Below are positions 55,600 to 64,000 of a stretch of 64,000 bases of DNA, in pieces. Every line of letters begins with the position of its first letter. Position 1 is the first letter of the stretch. A program made the translations under genes and the position numbers. The notes beneath the pieces are model-generated. The model had not been told where the DNA came from. It did no database searches and saw only the letters and a program-made list of their open reading frames with translations. Origin of the DNA: Phoronis australis (taxonomy: Eukaryota > Animalia > Phoronida); assembly GCA_002633005.1 (NCBI GenBank), contig NMRA01000221.1, forward strand, positions 498,290-562,289. Direction: 5' to 3'.

Positions 55600-58500
55600 G
55601 GGATGTCATCTACGGCGCTGCTGATGTTTTGGACCTATGCTTACGATTCTGAAGTACATGTACGCATGCCCAAGTGACAAATTTCTTGTTCCGCCACATT
55701 ACTTACGTGTTCACAAGTTAGCTGTGATGTCTCTGGCTGTTTAAGAGCCGACAACCGACCCTCGATGCATTTGAAAAACGACTGCTGGACCGTAGGTGAA
55801 ATCCCTGAATTACCAGGTTATCGGTGGATAAGCCATTTAAAAATGCGTACTTTGTATAGTTACGCTGGGATCATTAATATTGAGACTAAGGGTGGAATTC
55901 AATAGGTTAATTAATTAGACACTCAAACGTAACCTTTTCAAAAATTGTTTTCGTAATACAACCAACCAAACGTTTACGTGAATGCCAAGCTATTTCTGGA
56001 AGACCAGAGAGAAATGAAAACCCACTCGGCTGTCTGGTAAGTCCCGAGCAAGCTCGACGTTTCTAGAAATTTTCAGCACCACACACCGCCTGCGTTACAT
56101 TAAGTGTAATGCTTTGGTACAGTTACTTTAGTCACTCGAGGGCGCTGCCAAGGAAAGACGTACATGCTCGTCTGATATATCGCAGCCCGAGTAGACCAAC
56201 AACTCTGTCTGGCTAAACATCTCGGCCTCTTAACTCAGGTAAAACGAAGGCGCTGTACATTTAAATGCATGCCAGTATAACATCGTCTGTATGTGTTGAG
56301 TGTGCGACTTTAATGCCCGAAGTTTCTTTGATTTTTCTTCGCCACGAGGGCTAGCCGTGCAGCCAGCCCGGGTTAACCTGGGTTGTATGTCTACTCGGAC
56401 GTCAACAGCCATATCACTGCACAAACATTAGCGGATGAAGTCACAGCCTCGCTTTCAATTAACTTTAGCTGAATGTCTTTGAAGAGTCGCAAAAAGCCAA
56501 CGACTTTTGGTTTTTCACGAACCAGTCCTAAGTCGTGAGTGTGACATCCAACTAGCCGGCAAAATCACGTGCTCTCATTTAAAATACACGGCAATACCTC
56601 GCGTAATCTCGCTGTTGACTTTTTGTGATGTCGCGAAGTCTTGCTTTCCTAGTTTGGTCCTAGCGTTATTGAACTTTACCCTGACCAGGCCGTTTGTTAT
56701 ACCCACGTTCGATTCCTTTACACAAGTGTTTGATAATTTTTATTGACGTCTGTCAGTTAAATGAAATGCGGTTATTGAATGTGATTTGCTCTAAAAAGAA
56801 AAAAATAACCATAACATGAGAAAATAACCAAAGTAAAAACAGACTTTCGGTCAGAGTCTTAAAGACACATTTATCGAATTTACAGCCGAAACCCCATTTG
56901 CGATTATTGTAGGACGTGATAAACTTCCTGCCTTTATTAACTTTGACCAGCGCTATAAAACAGCACAGCCGTTGTGTTTTCGTGGTTTGTTACAAACTGC
57001 CAATTGTCGTCGTTGTCAGCCAGATGTTCGCTAAAATCAATGCCAATAACTTTGGCAGTGAAACACGATTAAAATACATTGCCATTTACGGAGAAGTGTT
57101 GCTTCACCAGCAGAACGTTACTAATGTGTGTCCATAGGAGCGCTAGTTGTTGCTGAAGCCGACAATGCCGCGTTAGCCGAGGACCTAATTATATACCATT
57201 AGATGGTTGAGCTCTGCTCACTTCATACATTCTTCTGTTGATGTCAACAAAACATCAAAATAATGCGTGCGCCATTTCTGAATGATGAGGTCAAAGATGG
57301 GCCAGACACTCTTCGCACGATATTATTCAGTGCCAGAAAGGTTGAAAGTATGTTGCACCGACTACTCAGGGAAAGAATTTTTCTACAAACAGCACTTCCT
57401 AGAATAAACTCAGTGAAGAAGTTCTAAGGATAATTATATTCTCTGACGAGATTTTCGAGAATTAATGAGGACAAATTTAATTCAGAATGCGGCTATAATC
57501 CCTGTCAGGCGCCATCAGTCTACAGAGTAGGAGAGTTTCGTTTAAATTACTTCGGAGTGATCCCATTTACTTTGAAAGCCGCGATTAAAACGACTCAGAT
57601 CTAGAGTAGATATGATAGCGCACTGCGTAAATCATCATCTGTAACCTCCATTTCAGGCTTAGGCAAGATTTGTTATTGACTTACTACCCGCTTTCGAACC
57701 TCAAATTAAACACAGTTGCGTGTATGTAATATGCAAAAAATGTAACTGCGGCTCGTGCATAGGCCCTGATACGTCATTGATAAGACAAATATGAAGAACT
57801 AAAATGCAAAACTCGAATAATGTCAATTTTGTTTAGAAAAAACAATTCAGTGACTCCTATTTTCGTATGTTCTGACACATTATATCCATGTTGATCCTTT
57901 ATTTCCATTTTTCACGCGTTGTCGGGCTAGATCCATTATTTTAGGTTTAACGATAATTTGTATTTCAAACAAATGGTTCAAGACGCTTTGATCCATTATA
58001 CTGATAATTGATGGACATACTTTGTCGAGAGTTTTGATCCATTATACTGATAATTAATAGATATACTGTGTCGAGAGTTTTGATCCATTATACTGATAAT
58101 TAATAGATATACTGTGTCGAGAGTTTTGATCCATTATACTGATAATTAATGGACATACTGTGTCGAGAGTTTTGATCCATTATACTGATAATTGATGGAC
58201 ATACTGTGCCGAGAGTTTTGATCCATTATACTGATAATTAATGTACATACTGTGTCGAGAGTTTTTATCCATTATCTCTATTTTGGCCATTATGCACATT
58301 TTGGCCTAATTTGCCTGTTTATACGCCATCTTGAAAATGCACAAGATACATACCCTTACTTCAATACACTAGAACCTCATGGATTGAACATAAAAACTTC
58401 TTAAATTATACCTGTCCATTGAATTTTTTAAACAAAAATGTATCAACCACATCTTAAATGTCAATTGTCATATAGTGTTTGATTTAACTTTCTGTTTCTG

Positions 58501-59400
58501 TTGACAAAGGACATTATTACATCCGAAAATTTCAGTTGATCCATTCTTGTTGTTTTGAATACCTATTTATATCTTACTTTAAAGAAATAGCTCCACATAG
58601 TTACTAATTTCTGGTTATTTTTCCTATTTTCCCACAGGTGGCAGTTTCTTCACTATTATTTTAAGAGCAAAATATCTGAATAACCTTGTGACTGTAAAAG
58701 CGTTATAATCGTTATTTGCATTTTAAAAAAACTGCCCCTCTCATGTTGTCCATTGAAGTTGATCATTGGAGACCGGACTGCGCCCGGGGCACCAGCTGGT
58801 CGTTATGCGCCCTTCGAGCCGCTACTGACTTTTTCTGATGGATTGTTGTAGGTGATTTTTTTGTCCACGTAATAAAGAGTTTTCTCTAAGGAACAATTTG
58901 TCGGTTAATTCAACTAATAAGGGAAGCTTCTTGGCATTGAATCATTGAAGCGTTGCTAAGAGCAACAGTTAGTGATACCGAATGTGATAAACGACGATCA
59001 TGATAACGCGCAATGTCCAGTGGCGAAGGTAGAATTAATGTCGCTGTTGGCAAATGAGAGAGTTGGTGCCCCCAATCGACGCGAATATCGAGTACTTGAG
59101 ACCACCGCCACCCCCTGTGCGGTATGACGCCTGTCGTTCAGTTTTGTCGCCAGTTTTGCGCCACCTCTCTCAGGGATGAGAGCTACAATGAAAATGAGAC
59201 AATCAAGGTCGTTAACGATGATGACACAAATGACGTCACAAGACAATAACGGCAAAGAAAGCGATGTATTCCAACGACGACAATACGTTGGCGACGATGG
59301 GGACGATGCTTTGCTTCCGGTTGCCCATATGAAACCGGTGCAGTCATGGGAAAGAGAGAATCAGTGGTGAAGTCGTTGAAAATTCTTCATCACGTGGAGA
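55600..59400 (+). pseudogene. Decayed receptor-like locus (TM + SEFIR-like fragment)
   Basis: Acceptor before 56913, then hydrophobic CVFVVCYKLPIVVVVSQMF, KYIAIYGEVLLHQQNVTNVC, frameshift to GALVVAEADNAALAEDLIIY; many stops. D/N-rich frameshifted block at 58960-59400. Confidence 0.3.
57987..58275. repeat. 46-bp tandem repeat, ~6.3 copies
   Basis: GATCCATTATACTG starts at 57990, 58036, 58082, 58128, 58174 and 58220; units nearly identical. Confidence 0.95.
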
Positions 59401-59582
59401 ACCGAACTTTGAAAAACGGCTCTCAGGGTCTTTTTGTCGTTTTGCGTGACTCCCGATTCAAGTTTTGATTTAATAACATGATTTACTGGTGAAAAGAATT
59501 AAAATTGAAGTTTACTTGTACGCTGTAAAGGGAAAACTACCGTCATTAGTGTGTATAATTTTAGCGTCGGTACAGATGTTAA

Positions 59583-59773
59583 TACACCTTCTTCACGCAG
59601 TCGCCATGTTACAAAGCGTCTCCTTTTAGGTTAAAAAACAATGCAATCTGCGCTTAATCATAGCGCAAAACGTGATTTTTTCGCGTGCCTCGTTATATTT
59701 ATGTCCCAATATTGTATTGTCTTTTAAACTGAAAAGAGACTCTTCTAAAATGATGACTGCGTGAATAAGGTCT
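59583..59773. mobile_element. Second copy of the ~200-bp hairpin MITE
   Basis: Reverse-complement match to 42010-42207. Confidence 0.8.
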
Positions 59774-60699
59774 GTGTTCACCAACCTTTGGGAATCATTA
59801 AAAATTGTAATCCAACTACTTTTTCGTCAAAGGAATGTGACGAAAAGCAAAAACTTGTCATCTTTGTGCACCAGAATTGAAAGTAGGGATCCAACCTGCG
59901 AGTACGACAAAGCAACCCTCATAGAAACGCATTTTTCATCCCTAAGTGAAAGTTACGTAATCAGCAAGGAGGTGAACAAGGGTGTGATAAGTTTTAAACC
60001 GAACAATGAATTTTATGGTTTAAGCAGGCTTGACACGATTTTACGCCAAGTCAGGGGACGATAAGAACAGGTTAACATAATAGTGACTAGTTGCGTAAGC
60101 CTTGGGGACAGTGCCTCGGAATAGTTGATCTTGATGCTCTCCGTTAATTTCTCAGTTCTCTGTTAAATTCACTGCGCGTGAAGACAATTAGCGCAGCCGC
60201 TCTTACACTCTGGACCATTCACTGCGGCACGTGTACTTATAGAGCAGACACGGTATGAAACCCCACGTTGTTCAGTGTTGTATTTCAAGGATGCGTGTCA
60301 AAATGCGTTGCCAACATAACACTGATGGGTAGCGTCTGCGCGGCGTCTATTTTGGTTTGTAGTGTTTTTTCCGCTGTTCATTAGTAGCTCAGAAACAAAT
60401 TAAGCGCTCAATTTCATTTTGCGTGCGATCTCAACGCGAATAATTGGATTCAGATTATTTATAACTCAGCGAGAACAAAACACACATGCTTCCCTAAAGG
60501 CATCTTCAGCGTGTCTTCAAATAGCTACATTAAAAGATTGCTAAATCACGTTTTGGCCTACTAACAGGTACTAACTTGCTAATTTTAATCTTTAAAATCA
60601 AACCAGGCTTTTCCACTGTTGTCAATCATGAGAAACTTAGAGCAAGTTTAGACATTCCGCGCAATACCTGTTAAAGTAACAAGTGTAAGTAACGCTTTA

Positions 60700-63000
60700 A
60701 AGATGTATTTGCATGCTTCTAACTATACTAATGTACAGCAGGAACTAAACAAAAATGCTATTTGAACACCATCTACGCTAAACAACACGCAGTTGTATTC
60801 ATTGGCAAGTTGTAGATGTGAAAACAAAAAATTCTGCAAATAGGTGGCGTTTGCACTAATGACGTACCATGGGGGCTCACATAACCCGCACCATGCAGTG
60901 TTTTTCCCCAGCACCACGCCACGATACTTATTGGAGACGGTTGAGTGATTTGCGATAGATCATTTTCGACACAAAACATTTGACAATTTTCAACCTACTT
61001 CATATTCACATCATCGCAGACATAAGGAGTTAGGTCTGTTACAAGACGGCTGTGGGGAAAGACTTTCATGCTGAAAACAGACACTTTATCATCATGTCTA
61101 AAATCTATTGATCTAATTGTACCGGCACCAACTTCTACCCTATTTACGGGTTGGTGTAAGTAGACCAATAGGTTTTTAAAATTATGTTACGTAACCACAT
61201 CACCACCTCAACGCATTTATGCATGCAAACGACTAGTCATTTGGATGACTGCCATTTCACGCCAGACGACATTAAAACCTCGTGCTCTTAAGTTGTCTGT
61301 CACCCCCAACACATACCTTCTCATGGCACGGATCGTCTGAGTGATGATCATTTGCAGTGTCCAAGCGTTTCCAAATCACTGCATATAGACTCTCCATGCC
61401 CGACTGCCATGTGGAGACGTGTGCTTCGTCGTTAAAAGCATCGTCATATCCTAGTCAAGATCATCATCAATCTTGTTATCGAGACACGAGTACATCATAG
61501 CATATTTTTCGATATCAGTCTGATTTCGCGTTTGATCTGGGTTCTGTAAAGGAGAGCTTTTAAAAATGTTTAATAATTAGTTGTGTTGCTATGATAGACT
61601 TCCTGGTTTTTGTATACACTGTTTTTCACTTCTTGTCAAGGCTGATCACTGTCTTGGTTTGAACGTTTCTTCTTCCCAAATGTGACCCTGAACTTAAGTC
61701 AGAAATTGGACCTTACGCTCCAGCGTCACAGTTACGATTTAGTCACGTGATTATTAGAACACCATATCCTAATAGTAATGTATACAATGCATTTCAGTGA
61801 CTAGCAGTGACTTTGTATTTTTGCTAAAGTGAGATTTAATAATTTTCTCTGAAATGGTTGTATGGAGCATAAGACCAAATTTCTGTCTTACGTCACGTTT
61901 CATGAAACAGGACCCGGATATTCAGATTGTTTTGTATAATAAGCAATAACAAAATAGCACGAACTTGGTTGCATCTCCAAATTTACATTGCGTGCGATAG
62001 TGGAAGAAGAAGGGCAGAGACTATCCCGGTGGCTACCCTCTGACGACACCACAGAAACAGAAACAGAAATAACAAAATAATGTTTCTTACGTCGTTCAAG
62101 ACTCTCAGGTCGATGATCACTGCCATGGTGTTATGGTTTCCTCTCTCAAAATAAAAAATAAAGCAAAAGCATCAATATTGAGGAATTATTGACATTGATA
62201 TAGCCAGAGAACATGTATTTTGAGGTACTCTGTACATTTGAAGCTAATTTGTATCATAAAACAGTTCCACGGGAAGCCTCAATGTCACTATATTGGCAAT
62301 AGTCACTCGGCCACATTAACACTACTAGGAGTAAGGTTTCGCGATGCTCCAAGCTGCAAGAAGTTTGGGAACAACTAATTTGATGTGACAATTTTCCTTA
62401 ACACTGTATGTCAGGTATTACCATTTTTCACCTTTAAATATCCTTAGCAAAAGTCACACAACAGGAACATTGAAATTAACACAAACCGACACAGAACTCC
62501 ACCCAGACATCTAGTATATTCGTAATCTACGCATACTGGCGTAGACGAGGGAGGCATAGATGTGTCACAGCAGAACTCTAACCGTGACAGTTGGTGAACT
62601 TTTTCGATCCACCCCACTTGCCATGTTCCTCTTCTGCGCACATGTACTTCGATCTGGCTACCTCACAGGATGCGCATAAAATTTAACGTTTGTTTAATTG
62701 CTTGCTTAGGTAACGCCACAATTTATAAGCGTTCCACCTGGCAGCTAGGTCTGCGTTATATGCTTCGCCTCGAAACAATCCTCATGTTTTGCACTTCGGA
62801 AGTTATCCTTTTCCTTGCACACTGGGCTCAGATAGTGCGCTCAGCTTTCTTCAGACACTGGCACGTTTGGTTAAACATTATTAATTTTATTCTGGAGCAA
62901 CTCTTTCTCACCAGAATAAAAACATTTGCAACTAGAAACGATAACTTAGGTCACACCAAACCAACGATTAGTTTCCAGGACGTGGTTGCGTAGAAGTTAT
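60700..63000 (-). pseudogene. Decayed receptor-like locus (SEFIR-like fragment)
   Basis: Small exon 62140-62091 (NHNTMAVIIDLRVLND|gtaag) joins phase 0 to the acceptor at 61543 (NPDQTRNQTDIEKY...DDDLD*). Another frame then gives HSDDPCHEKVCVGVTDNLRARGFNVVW. Upstream 63000-62440 is Cys/Trp-containing and hydrophobic but stop-ridden. Confidence 0.3.
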
Positions 63001-64000
63001 ACGCTGGTTAGCAAGAATGGTGGTGTTGCGTGATCACGTATCGCGCTGACACTGCATAGTCCAAATTTGCACTCAGTGATCCCTAGATTCGAGCCATAAA
63101 CTCCAATAAAAATTCTGAATTTCGAGTGAAAACTCAAGATTTCCAACTCAGATTCGAGCTCATAGATTTAATGCTGGGGTCATTAGGTGCAACACGTGAT
63201 TACAAAATCACATTTTGCACTGGACAGCCTCATAATAGCCTCAAACACAGAATGATGGACACTTATCTTAAGGTCACATCAAAGCACAAAGGTTAATGTT
63301 AAAATAATTCACAGTTCAATTTTGAGTAATAGATCCCGGAGCCTGATGTGTAAGCATGCGCATGTAAAATTTCAATTCACCGATGACTTAACAGCGAACC
63401 TGTAGGTCAATATTTCAGCATTTCAAATTCACCAATGGTACTTTCAAATATTGAAAGTAAGGAATGTAGAAGACCCATGAGAGTAAAAAGCCTAATTCTA
63501 TTTTGGCTTTTTATCCCAGTGCAGCTTTAAGCACAGACCTCACATGGTCGAAAAATCGGTTTAAGATTGTAATTCAGATCTGAGCATCTTGAACTCTGTT
63601 GACATGAAAACCTGCTTGGAGATCAAGTTTGATATTTAAGTTAAACCAGGTTTTACTAGAACATCGTACCAATGGTTAAACAACTTTTCTGAAATACAAT
63701 TTTTCTTTAAACCTAGACTATTGGATCGAGACGGACACAATGGGTCGAAATGGTCATGATAGGTCGAAATGGACATATTGTGTCAAAATGAACACCGTTT
63801 GTTTGGATCCCTGTGTCCATTTCAGTATGATGGAACAAAATGAAATACATCATTGTTATACATGTAGGTCATCTTTGCGAAACTGAAATCTAGCTCGTAA
63901 TGGACTTAAGGTTATCTCCAACCTTATTTAGTGGCCTCCATTCTGACTCGTATATAAAAATAAGCTTTGTCATCTAGTAAAAGTATATATTTTCTGAAAG

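Noticed and set aside
57987-58275. Regular repeat array resembling CRISPR
   Set aside because: The units are contiguous with no unique spacers, there are no cas genes, and the context is eukaryotic.
36111-63000. Idea that the in-frame stops in the decayed blocks reflect recoding or an alternative genetic code
   Set aside because: The two intact genes use the standard code with TAA/TAG stops, and the decayed blocks contain all three stop types plus frameshifts.

Overview
Intron-rich, repeat-rich, AT-rich animal (probably marine invertebrate) genomic DNA; most of the supplied ORF track is noise. Manual GT-AG splicing recovers two intact genes on the + strand. One is a 5'-truncated CNBD2-like cyclic-nucleotide-binding protein gene (10 exons visible, 563-24541). 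The other is a complete 10-exon, 538-aa carotenoid cleavage oxygenase gene (BCO1/BCO2/RPE65/NinaB family, 4485-13818) lying entirely inside one 14.8-kb intron of the first gene, on the SAME strand. From about 30 to 63 kb I find no intact gene, but there are about four decayed multi-exon loci whose fragments resemble IL-17-receptor-type FN3 / TM / SEFIR segments (low to moderate confidence, judged by eye). The rest includes many MITEs (5-bp, 3-bp and TA target-site classes), two copies of a 1.4-2.0 kb TIR element, a THAP-bearing Kolobok-like element, a LINE RT relic, tRNA-derived SINE heads (one as a TSD-flanked palindrome) and several minisatellites. All family calls come from motif recognition; no searches were run.
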